From the NCBI RefSeq assembly GCF_035594765.1, contig NC_085843.1, positions 185,791,971-185,855,970 on the forward strand: a stretch of 64,000 nucleotides of DNA. Direction: 5' to 3'. Of the stretch, positions 49,430 to 62,860 are shown piece after piece. A program made the position numbers and the translations under genes. This DNA is from Anolis carolinensis. Taxonomy: Eukaryota. Within the stretch, counting starts at the first letter, position 1, and each line of letters starts with the position of its first letter. The notes under the pieces were generated by a model. It was not told where the DNA came from, made no database searches, and saw only the letters and a list, made by a program, of their open reading frames with translations.

Positions 49430-50248
49430 GCTTAGACTATAGCTACTCAAGGAACATTTCAGGGCAGCCAATTGAGCCTTTGTCACTAACATTAATTGAA
49501 GATAGGAACATAACACCAATGCTTGCATATAAGAGTTCTTTCTCCCACCCTGGACATTCCACAGATATATAAACCTCACTTGCCTAGTTTCCAACAGATC
49601 CCTCAACCTCTGAGGTTGTCTGCCATAGATGTGGGAAAAACGTCAGGAGAGAATGTTTTTGGAACATGGCCATACAGCCCGGAAAACTCACAACAACCCA
49701 GAATACAATTGATCATCTCTTGTCTATACCAGTTTGCACACAGAAACACATTAATGGAGAGTCTTGCTCTCTATTTTATCTTTTTTATTTTGAGGACCCT
49801 CTTGTCTCTTATATAAAAATGTAACAAACGTTCAGAAAAAAGTCCAGAATCTAAGTAGGAACACAGCTAGTCTTTGTTCCAGTTCATTGCTTCCCCTGCA
49901 ATCACTTTCTCTGCATCCATGTTTATAATTTTGTTCTTTGCCTGTGGATGCTTTCCCTTCAGCCTTTCTAACATAAGGTCTAAGAATGTGTAAAGATTAA
50001 AGGGTCCTAGAAAGGGTCCTTTAGGCCTCATCCCACTGAAGAATTCAGAAGGACCATCCTACAACCTGTAACTGACATCACACCATTCCAAACCTTTCTT
50101 CCGTTGCCCTCCAGAGTAGGTAAATTTTAGCAATGTAATCTTTCTCTCACTTTCGAATATTTCTCTAACATCTCTATTCATCCCTGCACACTGTACAATC
50201 CCAGATCACCATTTGTTAAAATTACTCACTGTATTCCACTCTCTAGAT

Positions 50249-50340
50249 CAAACATGGGCAAACTTGGGCTCTCCAGGTGTTTTGGACTTCAACTCCTACA
50301 ATTCCCAACAGCCAGTAGGACTAAAGTTTGTCCATGCCTT
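50249..50340. mobile_element. Miniature hAT MITE
   Basis: Perfect 8-bp TSD ctctagat; CATGGGCAAACTT/AAGTTTGTCCATG termini. Confidence 0.75.
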
Positions 50341-50900
50341 CTCTAGATCCATGGCAATCACAATTAACCTAATATGCCACTAAACCTAATCCAGGTTAGC
50401 CTATCTAAAATTAATCTGAATTAATCTAACCAATTTGTCCTGTCATACATTTGGGTGTAAAATCAATTTTATTCCGTTTTGTCTTTAACAGCAATGGTTC
50501 TTGTTTTAAATATACAGTGCAACCTCCCCATGGTGGACCTCTTGTAAATACTTAACATGAAACAAGTCATGTATATCTGTTCTTATTGTCAATTGGAGAA
50601 AACCAATAATACCTCTGTATGACATTCTGTATGCTTACTTTCTAATATTTGTGAAAGTTTGACATACCCCATCACAATTTACCCTGTAACTAACCCAGAA
50701 CACATGCAATTGAAATAACTCTGTAACATTATCCATTTCTGTCACCACTTCCTTTGTTGTTTACTTGTATCTTTTATAAGCTCCTTAGGGTAGATACCAG
50801 TTCTCTGTAAAATACCAGGCAAATATATGCCATTCAATGGGATAATGATAATGGTGATGTGATTATAGTAATGCTACTACAAATAACAGTAACAACAAAC

Positions 50901-51016
50901 CTGCTAGCAACTCGAGGAGGTATTCTTGGAGGCCTTCCAGGTGTCAAGGAGGATTGCCTGTTGGTTTGCTGAGTCCCAGGAAGGAAATTTCTCTTCACCT
51001 CTGGGAATTCATTATC
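50901..51016 (-). CDS. PIK3AP1: PIK3AP1 penultimate exon
   Basis: DNEFPEVKRNFLPGTQQTNRQSSLTPGRPPRIPPRVAS(R)|GTTTGT, 116 nt. Confidence 0.88.
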
Positions 51017-51299
51017 CTACATTAACGTATAAACATGGAAGTGAGATTCTGCCAAAACAGTCTGTTTTAAATCTATTTTCTTGCATAATATTTTTTCTTG
51101 AAGAGAATAACCGGATTTTTTAAACCTCAACAATAGAAAAAATTCTGTGTTGACTTATCAGATTCAAAGTGCACAGCATAGCACATACTAGTTGCACATT
51201 GTATGGCACCAATTCAAAATAGTAGTCTTTTAGCAACAAACCCATCCAAAACACTGTCAAAGTTAGCAAGCCAGAAAAAGTGCAGAATGGGTAAGTTAC

Positions 51300-51370
51300 C
51301 TCATTGTCTCCATCCATCCCACTACTGACACTCAGTATACTTCGTGTACTGGAGCGGTTACTTGAACTAC
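51300..51370 (-). CDS. PIK3AP1: PIK3AP1 exon
   Basis: SSSSNRSSTRSILSVSSGMDGDNE|GTAACT, 71 nt. Confidence 0.93.
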
Positions 51371-51574
51371 CTGGCAAGAAAATAAAATAAGTCAACTATC
51401 ATTTGGGATTCTCGAACGTTTTAGAAAAAAAGACCTATAAATTCCATTTTCTTTTGAGAATCTATCTGCCATTTCCCATCACCAGGACCCCAAAACATCT
51501 CTTAAATTAGAAGTAGGTCTTCTAATGAAGAGTCCATTGTTTTACCACATGCACAGCAGCCAGTCTTGCCAGAC

Positions 51575-52140
51575 TTTAAAAAATATGTTTGAGAATGTAG
51601 GAATTGTTCATTTTCTGTCTGTTGAAAAGAAAACTGGGAGGTGATTTGATTACTTAAAGGCAGTCTCAGAGAAGAGGGGGCAGATTTGTTTCCTGCTGAA
51701 CCAGAGGATAGAATAATAGCACCACAAGAGTTAGAAGAGACCACAAGGGCCCTTCAGTTCAACCACCTGCCGGGCAGGAAAAGCTCAATCAAAGCACCCC
51801 TGACAGATGGCGATCCAGCCTCTATTTAAAAGCCTCCAGAGGAGGACTCTCCACCACATTCCAAGGCAGAGAGTTCCACTGCTGACCAGCTCTCACAGTC
51901 AAGAGGTTCTTCCTTATTTTCAGGTGGAATTTTGAACCCATTGAGGTTGGCCTCATGGTTCTAAGTTACAAAAGGGTAATTTTTGATTGAATATTAGAAG
52001 GAACTCCTTGACAGTAAGAGTGGCTGGGCAATGAAGAGGTGGTGGGGTTTCCTGTCCTAGAAGTTTTCAGAAAGAGATTGGACATCTGCTGGGGATGCTT
52101 TAGGCCCCTTCCAACTCCATATTTCTGTAATTCTGAATCA
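51575..52140. mobile_element. CR1 3' fragments (plus-strand copy interrupted by a minus-strand copy at about 51722-51940)
   Basis: CR1 3' motifs (TTTAAAAAATATGTTTGAG..., AGAGTTAGAAGAGACC..., CCCTTCCAACTC). Confidence 0.65.
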
Positions 52141-52207
52141 CGTAATATCAGATTTAATAGATAGATCAATCCAGATATAGTAAAATACATATGGTTTTCT
52201 CACTTAC

Positions 52208-52363
52208 TTGCAGTGCTTGATGCGCTTTCTGTTTTCCAATCCCCTCGCTTTATCCCTTTACTTGGTGGGATGAAATTTTTCCGAGGGCTAAATTCATATA
52301 TACCACATTCTGGTTTATTAGGGGTATTTTGGGAATGTCCAGCTGGTACAGTGATTTCCAAAT
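52208..52363 (-). CDS. PIK3AP1: PIK3AP1 exon
   Basis: DLEITVPAGHSQNTPNKPECGIYEFSPRKNFIPPSKGIKRGDWKTESASSTA|GTAAGT, 156 nt. Confidence 0.93.
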
Positions 52364-52454
52364 CTAGGAAGAAAATGTAATGAGTTGATGCTAGGAATTT
52401 AATTTATTTTGGAACCTTTTGAAGGACAAAACCTTTCAGATCGGGCCGGGGGGG

Positions 52455-52835
52455 AGAGAAGCTAGGTGTGTTTAGTCGGAAGAAGGGAAGGTTAAGCAGG
52501 AACATGATGGTCATGTTTAAATATGTGAAAGGATATATTGTCAGAGGAAGCTTTTTTCCTTCTGTTTCAGAGACTAAGACATAGAGCAATGGATGCAAAC
52601 TGCAGGAAGAGATTCCACCTAAACATTAGGAATAACTTTCTGATGGTAAGAGCTGTTTGGCAATAGAATATGCTGCCTTGGAGTGTGGTGGAATCATCTC
52701 CTTTAGAAGTTTTTAAGCAGAGACTGGATGGCCATCAGTTAGGAGTGCTTTGATTGTGTGATCATGCATGGCAGGGAATTCACAGGTTGGACCTTGCAAT
52801 TGCTTCCAAATACATTGTATGTTTCTCTGAACTCT
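52455..52835 (+). mobile_element. CR1 3' fragment
   Basis: GATTCCACCTAAACATTAGGAATAACTTTCTGATGGTAAGAGCTGTT...TTTTAAGCAGAGACTGGATGGCCATC. Confidence 0.8.
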
Positions 52836-53846
52836 AATGTTGGAAGGCATACACCCTTTCTCATCTAGGGCAACTTTTGGCATCTCTGACTAAAACTGCA
52901 AGTGGGTGCAATTATCAGACTCTGTCCCCAGATAAAGTACTTTGTAAAATTATGCACATTGTTGCAGGAGGAGGGCAGTGGCTGAGAGTGCTCCAGAGGG
53001 CTCTCAGCCCCATGTGCCTTCCTCAAGCTGTCCTCCTGGCATAAGAATCACACCGTCCTTATGCCAGGAGGAGGGCGAAACACACGGTGGATGAGAGCGC
53101 TCCATAGGGCTCTCAGCTGCTGCATACCTCCCTCCCTCATCTTTTTGGCGCAAGGATGTGGTGGGCCACTATGTCCTTATGCCAAGAGGACAAGGAAAAT
53201 AAGGAGTGCCTGAGGTAAGCACCCTGGAAGCCGCATCCGGCCCCCAGGCCTTCGTTTTCTTATGCCTGTTATAGAGGGTAATATAGACACACAAGAAAAC
53301 GATGATGAAAATGCCTCATTTTTTAGAATGGCTGAATAATATCATTCTGTCCATTATGCAGAGAAAAAAGAACACATATTAACATAAAATTATCCTTTCT
53401 TTTAAACTAAAAATTAACTGTATGGAAGAAAAGATTTGGTGTTAAATAGCATAATAAATAATACAACATGCTTGTTGCTTAATAGAATTACATTTTCATG
53501 TATTTTGGATTGTAAATTCATGCTAAAATGAACAAAATCCAAATTTGTTTATTGAATGTCATAATAAAGGTTGAAATATTTTTGAGACATATGTAAATAT
53601 AACGTTTGACATAGAAAGAACATATGAGCAAAGAATGACCAAGGTCATTTCAATTGCATAGCTCAGCACATTTTCCCCCCAGTGGATTTGGTATCTTTTG
53701 GAAACAAATCCCACAATTACATTGGAGAAAGGGGGTGTTATATATCTGCTCAGAAGAGTCTGCTAGCATGATGCCTGAGTACAGATAGATGAGAGGCTTG
53801 CAATTGTTGTAGTTGAGTATAGTAACTTAATAATTAAATATTTTAC

Positions 53847-53919
53847 CTCCAGGTTTGCCAGCCTTTTGCTTCTCTACTTGTCGTCTAGTGATGCTCTCTC
53901 GCAATCTTTGTAGGTTTTC
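53847..53919 (-). CDS. PIK3AP1: PIK3AP1 exon (coiled coil)
   Basis: ENLQRLRESITRRQVEKQKAGKPG, 73 nt, AG/GT flanks. Confidence 0.93.
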
Positions 53920-54982
53920 CTAGAAACACAAAATTATTTTTTTAATAGCTGAGCAAATATATAACCATTCACAAGGCCCTTACAAAATTGTAAGGATCTA
54001 ACTAAATCCAAACTATACAGACTGATTGCCAACCAACAGTTCAGCCAACTCTCCAGCTGGAAATGTCAAGAGATGGGCAACATGTAGAAGAAACAAAAAA
54101 TATTAAGTGTAAACTCCTTTCTTTAAGACCCAGTTCAAGATACTGAAGTTACAGCAGGGTAAAGACTTCAACTCATATTATGATCCAGGGCACTTCCAGA
54201 CAGGGCTTAAACCCACGACAAAACAGGATTAAGAAACCCACTTTGTTGTTGGTTTAAGTCCCCACGCCCTTCCCAAAAACCTGGGCTTTCCCAGTGGTTC
54301 CAATGCTCTCCCAGTAAAAGTCGGACAGCCAACATTTAGAGCCCTGCCTAGAAGGGCCCCCACACTCTGGCCCCTTCTACACTGCCATAGAAAACCCAGA
54401 TTATCTCCTTTGAACTGGATTATATGGCAGCGTAGATGCATATAATCCAGTTCGAAGCAGATTATGTGGATTATCTGTTTTAATAATCTGGTTTATATAG
54501 CAGTGTAGAAGGAGCCTCTGCCTCCATCACCTGTAACTGAGGCCCCATCTACACTGCCATATAAAATTCAGATTATCTACTTTGAACTGGATTATATGGC
54601 AGTATAGATCCAATCTAAAGACAAGGCCTTAGTGTGCAAGCAAATGTTGTCCGTGTGGCAAGGAAGAAAAAAAGAATACCTGTCATCTGGATTTTATAAG
54701 CATTCGTTACAAAACTCTGCTTGGTTTTTGAATTATTGGAAAGAGTTGGCAAAATGCTAACATGAACAGGTTTGCCCACTTTGGGTTCTTGGAATGTCTT
54801 AATTTGAATTCACACTGAGGCCACAATAAACTACACTATGTGTGTAAAAGAAACAGGGAAGGTGAAGCTTTTTTTATTTTCTTCAACAGAGGCTGGCAAG
54901 AGACAAATGAAGAAACTTTTGATGTGGAAAGGTACATTCAGCAAAGTTACAGCTTTACTTTTGCATCTCTAGAAACACACAC

Positions 54983-55191
54983 CTGCTGGAAGCGAAATGA
55001 TTCTGATCTCCTTTTCTGGTTTAATTGCCATTCCTTGAAACGCAGAACAGCTTCATCTACAGAAAGCATTCCCAGCTTCACTTGCTCCTGTAAGGTTATT
55101 AAAAACCTTTGGCCAGGGGTTTTCATCCCAGCAAATGGATCATATATACTACTCGAAGATGACTGGTTAGAGGATGTATGATGTACTACCT
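54983..55191 (-). CDS. PIK3AP1: PIK3AP1 exon
   Basis: ...SIYDPFAGMKTPGQRFLITLQEQVKLGMLSVDEAVLRFKEWQLNQKRRSESFRFQQ, 209 nt. Confidence 0.94.
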
Positions 55192-55958
55192 CTGTGAAGG
55201 GAGAAAAAAATTAGATAAGAATTTAAAAAAAAAATTTACACTTCTGGGCATATGTAATTAAAAGGCTTAACCAAAGGTGTCTTACCAAGAACTATTGTAG
55301 TGCAACGGACAATCTGTAATGTGTCCTAAAGAAGGGTGACCAATGTGGTAAAGGATCAGGTCACCAAAAGTGCATCTATGGCACCATCTACACTGCTATA
55401 TAATCCAGTTTCTGAATGCAGATTAACTGCATTGAACTGGATTATATAGCAGTAGTAGTTCAACCTATATTGTAGAATTAATGCACTTTACTTTCCATGG
55501 CTCAACGTTATGGAATCCTGAAGTTTGTAGTTTGGTGGGGCACCAGGCTAAAGACTTCATAAAACTACAACGTTCTTCATTTTTAAGTGTTCATTATCAC
55601 TTGTAAAGATTGAGAATAATAAATACTTCTTTGCATGACTTCCACATGATAATATATTATAATCCCTCAAACAAAATAGGCTATATTAACGCATTGGGAT
55701 ATATTAACGCATTCTTGAGACATTAATTTAAAGCTTCAAACAATGTTATGATGTTTCATTGATTTTCTTGTCATGGTCTTCATGATTAACTGTTTTTACC
55801 ATTCACATATTCCCATCGCCAGCCCATTGATCACATTGATTTCACTATCGTAACACACCTATCTCAACATGAAGAATGGAAGTTACAACCCCTAATCAAT
55901 CAGTGGAAGTCACAATAACTAAAAATAAGATCAGAAAAGTGCTGTAACTTTAACTTAC

Positions 55959-56024
55959 CTTTCCTAATTGTCCCAGCAGATACATAAAGATTCCCTGGTC
56001 TCTCTTGATTTTTTTCTGCAAATA
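55959..56024 (-). CDS. PIK3AP1: PIK3AP1 exon
   Basis: VFAEKNQERPGNLYVSAGTIRK|GTAAGT, 66 nt, phases match neighbours. Confidence 0.9.
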
Positions 56025-57512
56025 CTGAATGGAGACAATTTATATATGATGTTTTAAGATCTAGAACTAGTTTGTAGCTAGATGGCAACAAATAATTTAA
56101 AAACAAAATAGGATAAAATCAAAATGAGTAAAACAAGAAACAAAACTAGCCATTCCAAAACTAAACGATTAAAGGTCCTAGGCTACATATTAGTCATGGG
56201 CCCGTTTATAGTCTCATCTGTTTATTTTGTTTTTGTACCGTTCTGTCCATTCGGATGGCACATAATGGTATACCCTCCTATGGAACGGAAATATCAGTGA
56301 CACAAAAAAAGGGGGGGAACGGTAGCCATTTGGTCAGATGATTTTCGGCACACTGTGTGCTTCTTATTCAACGCTCAGCACTTGGATTTAGGCCCTGGCG
56401 CTTTGCTGCTAATGGGCCTAAAATCTTCATTTTTTCAGATCTTTGACAGAAAAGCGCATTTGTGAAGGCGCCCATTTTCAAAAATGGTACTCAAAAATGA
56501 AAACAGGGCCTTACAAATGAAACAAACCAAAATGGATAGAGATTCTGTACAAATGCTCAAGACTAGTACATATTAGAAACTATTTAAGGGCCCTTCTACA
56601 CTTACCTAAAACCCAGGATGAAGCAGATCAAAATAACCCGCTTCCTCCTGGGTTTCAGTTCCTACCCCTTTCCCCAGTGCCGGGCTTTCCTCAGGGGATG
56701 GCTAGATGTCATCCCAGGTCAAACAAAGGGTCATCAGGCGACCTTCAGCCCTCCATTTCCCCCAGAAAACCTACCCAAGGGGCCTACCAGCAACTCAAGC
56801 CCCTCTGCACAGCCCTTCTGATGCTTGAAAATCATGCATCAGGAGGTGGATGGAAGAGAGGAGAGAAATCCCCATCACCACTACCATCTCCTGCTGCCAG
56901 GAGGCCCCTCCAATATGTTTTTTTTGGGGGGGGGGAATTGGGGGCTGGGGGGGAGGAGTGGGTGCCCTCCCAGTCCTTCGGGCTCCAGGAGAGCTTTACA
57001 ATCTTTTTTGGTTTTAACCATTTTAAATTAATTGGCCATGACCATCTCACTTATCACTTCAATAGAAGATCCTTTATTAATATTAAAAACTACCAGCCCG
57101 AGTATAAATCCTTGAGGGGGCCTACTGCTCACAGCTTTCCATTGTGAGAACTGATAATTTCTACTTTCTGATGTATGTACTTTGGCCAGTTTTCATTCCA
57201 TAATTTTTTCTCTTATCACTAACTTGCCATTTGCTAAGGAATCGTTGGTGTAGAAATTTATAGAAGACCTTTTCGAAATCCAAATAAACAATATCTAACA
57301 GATACTAAAATAGTGGTTCTTAGCCTTTGGGCCTCCAGGTATTTTGGACTTCAGCTCCCACAATTCCTAACAGCTGGTAAGATGGCTGGATTTCTGGGAG
57401 TTGAAGTTCAGAACACCTGGAGGCCCAAAGGTTGGGAACCACTGTGCTAGAGGGATCAACAAGATTTTGTTTTTGCAGAAAAGCAGTCAAATGATTCTGG
57501 CTCAGTAGTTAC

Positions 57513-57695
57513 CTTTATAAATATATGATTGCTTGTCCTGTTGTTTCAAGGAGGGATCGGGTCTTGGAACAGGAACAGGTGGTCTGTTAACCAGCTCCTG
57601 AGGGTAATTGTCCTGCTCCACAGTGTGGTAAACTTCTTCATCTTCACATTTATGATATATATCCTCTTTTGGATCTGGCACATCAGCACTAACAC
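57513..57695 (-). CDS. PIK3AP1: PIK3AP1 exon (Pro-rich)
   Basis: GVSADVPDPKEDIYHKCEDEEVYHTVEQDNYPQELVNRPPVPVPRP...SYIYK, 183 nt. Confidence 0.92.
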
Positions 57696-59339
57696 CTAAA
57701 GAAGAGGTTATATTTAGAAGAAAAGCCACACACAACTAGGCCCCTGTGTGCATTTAATTTTTACAGCACTGAAAATTAGTTCTACACTGTACATGCAAGG
57801 GTCCTATGTTGAATTTTTAAGAATATATGACTGTGTGGAACTCTGAAGTTGCATTTACTTAAATATGGTTACTGTTCCATACCTTACATTGAGGGTGGGA
57901 ATGAAGAGGCAGGGACAGGATGTATGTTCTCTTGGGCCCCTTCTACACTGGCATATAAAATCCAGATTATCTGCTTCGAACTGAATTATAGGGGAGTGTA
58001 AACTTAGATAATCCAGTTCAAAGCAGATAATGTGGATTATCTGCTTTGATAATCTGGATTATATGGCAGTGTAGAAAGGGCCTTAACAAAACTCACAGTG
58101 GCTTGTTTACCTATCCTGACCTCTCTGTGATGCAAGCTAATGCTCCTGGGGATGTTTTGTCACCCCTTCTCCACCCAACAATTCTTTCTCAGCTTTTTCC
58201 TAGAAAGAAACTAGGTTGGATTTGCATCCTGAGTAACTGTATCTTAGAATGGAGTTCTTTTAGTAAAGCTTTTAGTTTATTTCTCCAAGGCATTTGTGAT
58301 GTTGCTCCTTAATCAAAAGAAATGATGCATGCATTGTTACATTCTTCTTTTGCATGTGTGCTATGCAGGAAAATATAATAAAATGATTTAGCACAGTAGT
58401 TCTCAACCTGTGGGTCCCCAGATGTTTTCGCCTTCAACTCCCAGAAATCCTAACAGCTGGTAAACTGGCTGGGATTTCTGGGAGTTGTAGGCCAAAACAC
58501 CTGGAGACCCACAGGTTGAGAACCACTGATTAGCAGAAGACTGTGCGAAATACGGCTTAAGCACTGCCTGCAGACTTAAGCTCCTGTTTTGAACACTTTC
58601 ACCATTAGCCCAAATCCCAACAATTCTTCAAGAAATGACATGCAGAGAATATCATTCTCAGCTAAACTAACCTTCAGGCCATCACACTTGAGGACCTGAT
58701 GAGGCCCAGAAACACATCTGAGCATGGGTAAGTGAACTGTTGATACTGGATCTGTGGATAATGGGGCTATAGTGTATTTTGGACTAGTATGGCATTTCAA
58801 AAAAGAATTTGTTTAATTTTTGTTACTTACATTCAGCCTTGGCTTACTATGTGTAACATAGAAATGAGAAGATTCTTGAAGACATAGAAAAATACAGCAA
58901 ATATGATAGGGAAGATGTGTCCTATTAAGAACTAAGCACTGTGGAGAGTGAGGATGAAAACTAAACTCTGAGGCCCTAGGATCTACTTTAAACTGGATTA
59001 TATGAGTCTCCACTGCCAGATAATGTGGGATAAGCAGATACTCTGGGATTAGATCCTGGGATACAGGGCAGTGCGGAAGGGGCCTTATTTTGCCTGGTTA
59101 CTTCGGAATAGTTCAGTACCAGATTCACACTAAACTACTCATCATACTGCTCTTTTTTTCAACATACAAAGTACATAAATTTAAACAGCAAAATGCCCAT
59201 ATCTTTATGTATCCAGTATTACGATCATGATGCACATTACCAAAGGGAAACAGTGGTGTCTCTTTGCTTCTGGGAAATATCAAAAGAGATAATATTAGTT
59301 GCCCAATGTGTGATTGTTCTATCAATAGCATAGTCTCAC

Positions 59340-59420
59340 CTTCTAAGAACTTGCGCATCATGTAGTCCTTTGTTGTCTGTGGAAAGGGGTTATTAGCATC
59401 TGACTGAAGCATTTCTACAT
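59340..59420 (-). CDS. PIK3AP1: PIK3AP1 exon (third YxxM, Tyr codon split T|AT)
   Basis: YVEMLQSDANNPFPQTTKDYMMRKFLE|GTGAGA, 81 nt. Confidence 0.92.
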
Positions 59421-59669
59421 CTGGGAAAAAAGCATACATACATCATTCACTGAATTTTTCTTTCATCATTTCTTAGAACAATAGAGCAAGGCACCTCATA
59501 TTACAGCAGTCACATGGAAAGCCATTGGAAATGTTTTGTAGGAGGTATCTACAGGTGTACAAGAGAAGTATGATGAGTAGTTTATATGCACCTGAATGCA
59601 TCTCTGCTCTAAGTCTGGAACAATTCAAAAAGAAATCTCTGTCCCAGTACTACTTTTCTTCTTGGCTGC

Positions 59670-60160
59670 TTTATTTATCGTGTCAGAAGTGAACCGAGGG
59701 CACAAGTTGTAATGTATTTGAAAACACAAAGTTAAAACAACAACAATAACAACAACTTGGCATTATACTAAATGTCCTTTGACCAGTAGCTGGCCACTTG
59801 GAGTGCCTCTGATGTTGCTGTAAGAAGGTCCTCCATAGTACATGTGGCAGGTGGTCTGTGGTTTTCTCTTCTCCATCTTTGCGTGTCATGGACTCCAGTC
59901 TGTAGCCCCATTTCTTAAGGTTGGCTCTGCATCTCGTGGTGCCAGAGCGCAGTCTGTTCAGCACCTTCCACGTCGCCCAGTCTTCTGTGTGCCCAGGAGG
60001 AAGTCTCTCATCCGGTGTCAGTCACTGAATGAGGTTTCGGGTTTTAGCCTGCCACTTTTGGACTCTCGCTTACTGAGGTGTTCCTGCGAGAATCTCTGTA
60101 GATCTCAGAAAACTATTTGGCGTGCTGGCTGATACCCAAACAGGGGATGGGCTGGAGATG
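59670..60160 (-). mobile_element. Vingi/ingi-like non-LTR retroelement 3' fragment
   Basis: LNRLRSGTTRCRANLKKWGY...DGEEKTTDHL resembles the Vingi C-terminal region; tail GACACGATAAATAAA. Confidence 0.7.
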
Positions 60161-60414
60161 GCTGCTGAAGCTTGGGCAAACCCTGGCCTTTATATGTCTC
60201 TAATTGCTCCCTGTAAAAATGTCAAGAAACCTGACTTGATGGGTCAAATATCCTTGGCACAATGACTTCTAAAAAAATTTCCTCAACAAAGTAAAGAAAT
60301 ATGAAGGTCTGCATTATCATCACTATGCAGTCATTTTCACAGGTGACATCAAAATATCTGGCAGTCATAAATGATCCTTTGAGCAAAGTGTGCTGGGCTA
60401 GGAACACCCTAAGC

Positions 60415-61991
60415 CAGGGGTCCCCAAACTTTTGAAGCAGAGGGCCGGTCCACAATCCTTCAGACTGTTGAGGGGCCAAATTATAATTTGAAAAAAAACA
60501 AAATAAATTCCTATGCATACTGCACATGTCTTATTTGTAGTGCAACAACAACAACAATGAAAAAACAATACAATATTTAAAAATGAAAACAATTTTAACC
60601 AACATAAACCTATCAGGATTTCAATGAAAAGTGTGGGCCTGCTACTGACCAATGAGATAGGCAAGTTAATTAGGATTGTTGTTGTTGTGTGCCTACAAGT
60701 CATTTCAGACTTTGGCCGAGCCTAAGTCTAAAATTAATTATTTATTTAGTGCATTTATTTACTACATTTATATCCCACCCTACATTTCCTACATTTATAC
60801 CCCGAAGGGGACTCAGAGCAGCTGTATGTACATACAATATATTATATTATTAGCATAACACAATATTAGCATTATATATTACTACTAGCTGTGCCCGGCC
60901 ACGCGTTGCTGTGGCAAAGTATGGTGGTATGGGAAATAAAGTATTGAGGAATTGGTGGTAATTAAGGTAAAGGGTAAACATTTTCCCCTGACTCTAGGGG
61001 TTGGTGCTCATCTCCATTTCTAAGCCGAAGAGCCGGCGTTGTCCGTAGACTCCTCCAAGGTCATGTGGCATGACTGCAAGGAGCGGAGTTACCTTCCCAC
61101 CGGAGCAGTACCTATTGATGCATTCACATTTGTATATTTTTGAACTTCTGGGTTGGAAGAAGCTGGGGCTAACAGTGGGGGCTCTCTCCGCTCCCCCAAT
61201 TCAAACCTGCGGCCTGTTTATGCTGGATAAGTGAGGCTGTATATTGATAATTTTATATTATCTGCTTAGAACTGGATTATATGAGGCCCCTTCTTCACAG
61301 CTGTATAAAATGCACACTGAAGTGGATTATATGGTAGTGTGGAGTCAAGATAATCCAGTGCAAAGCAGATAATATAAGATTATAAATGGGTTATATAGCT
61401 GTGTGGAAGGGCCTTGAGTCTACACTGCCATATAATCCAGTGCAAATTAGATAATCTGTGGAAGAGGCCTAAATCTGCCTGTCCACTAACTGAACCCTGG
61501 CTGTCCCTTGGCTGAGTTGGTTGCTAGGAGACCAAGTGGGCAGAGATTAGCCCTCTAAACTGGCAGCAATTGGATAAAAACAATTATTGCTCTCCCTCTA
61601 ATTAGGACTTTATTTTTCTTTTCTTTTTGTTGTGTCAACCTAGAGGCATGGATGATGGGTTGTGTTGTCAAATTTCGAGGTTGGGGGCCTGTAGTTTTGT
61701 TGTTTTGTCCGGTGCCCTGATTCCATCACTCTTTTATATATATAGATATTGAACTATACCACTATACTATTATATAATATGTAATATATAACATATAATT
61801 AATATTATTATATGGTATTACTATTAGTATTATATTGTATAACATAATATTATTATCAATATTATATGTATATACAATATATATTATTAAAACTGATATG
61901 AACATATTATATTCTAAAACTGAGGGCGGGGGCCAGGTAAATGACCTTGGAGGGCCGCATCTGGCCCCGGGCCTTAGTTTGGGGACCCCTG
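60415..61991 (-). mobile_element. hAT element (inverted sibling of 48696 copy) containing a Helitron
   Basis: TIR CAGGGGTCCCCAAACT, perfect 8-bp TSD ccctaagc. Confidence 0.92.
60885..61746 (-). mobile_element. Non-autonomous Helitron (862 bp) with TE-fragment cargo
   Basis: Minus strand 5' TCTATATATATAAAAG; 3' hairpin GCCACAGCAACGCGTGGC + CTAG; inserted between A and T, no TSD. Confidence 0.9.
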
Positions 61992-62670
61992 CCCTAAGCC
62001 CTGAGATTTTGGGGCCAAAACCTGAAACCTAACAATGCCCTTGCTGATGTCACTAAATAAAATTCAGTAAGCATCAATCATACTTATGAAGGCATGTCAT
62101 TTTAATGAAAAATATAAATTTGAAGGATATATTCCTCTGGTTGGAAATCAAGTTTTTCAAGCAACAGAGTGAACAGGAAGATGTACTAGCTTTTCTCAAA
62201 TTTATATTTTTGCAAGCACTGCTTTTAACAACACATGGGCATGAAAATCAACAAGAAAACAAGGTTTTACAGTTCTGCTTAACATACCACACTTTTTGTT
62301 CCAACAGCCATTCTGAAACATGGTGGCAAGTGCACCAACCAATCTTTTTTAAATGCAATATTCTCACTCAGTAAAATGCCTCACCTTGAGGCCCACAGGA
62401 AAGTCCCTGACTTCTGGACACCCTGTTTGGGGATTTTATGGAAAGGAGCAGTCTCCCTCCTACAAAAAGCAGAAGAGGCCTTTCAAATCAAAATCAAATA
62501 TAAGTTTATTGGCATTTTGACATGCCAAAATATATTCTAACAAAGCAACTGGTAACAAGAGTGGCAAAGTTGACTGGGGGGGGGGTGGCATTTTAGATTT
62601 GCGATCATTGTGTTTACCATGTTTAGCGTATATGAGGAATGCAAAAGCAAGGTGAATGCTATATACATAC

Positions 62671-62860
62671 ACAGATCCTCTGTGGCACTGGGAACCAGGC
62701 CAGCCATGGATTCATAGAGTTCCTCATCGCAGCCAGGATTCAGCGAACACTTCATCAGCAGATCGGTGGAGAGGTGAGCCATGGACTCATAAACAGAGTC
62801 ACCTTCCTTACCCTGCATCAGCTCTTCTTTTATGTGACTTTTCAGCATGTCTGCAGTCTC
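62671..62860 (-). CDS. PIK3AP1: PIK3AP1 exon with two YxxM motifs
   Basis: ETADMLKSHIKEELMQG...VYESMAHLSTDLLMKCSLNPGCDEELYESMAG...TEDL, 190 nt. Confidence 0.96.

Noticed and set aside
56677-57147. 156-aa plus-strand ORF antisense to PIK3AP1
   Set aside because: Starts in a MITE fragment, crosses homopolymer runs, has no recognisable domain and a non-ATG start.
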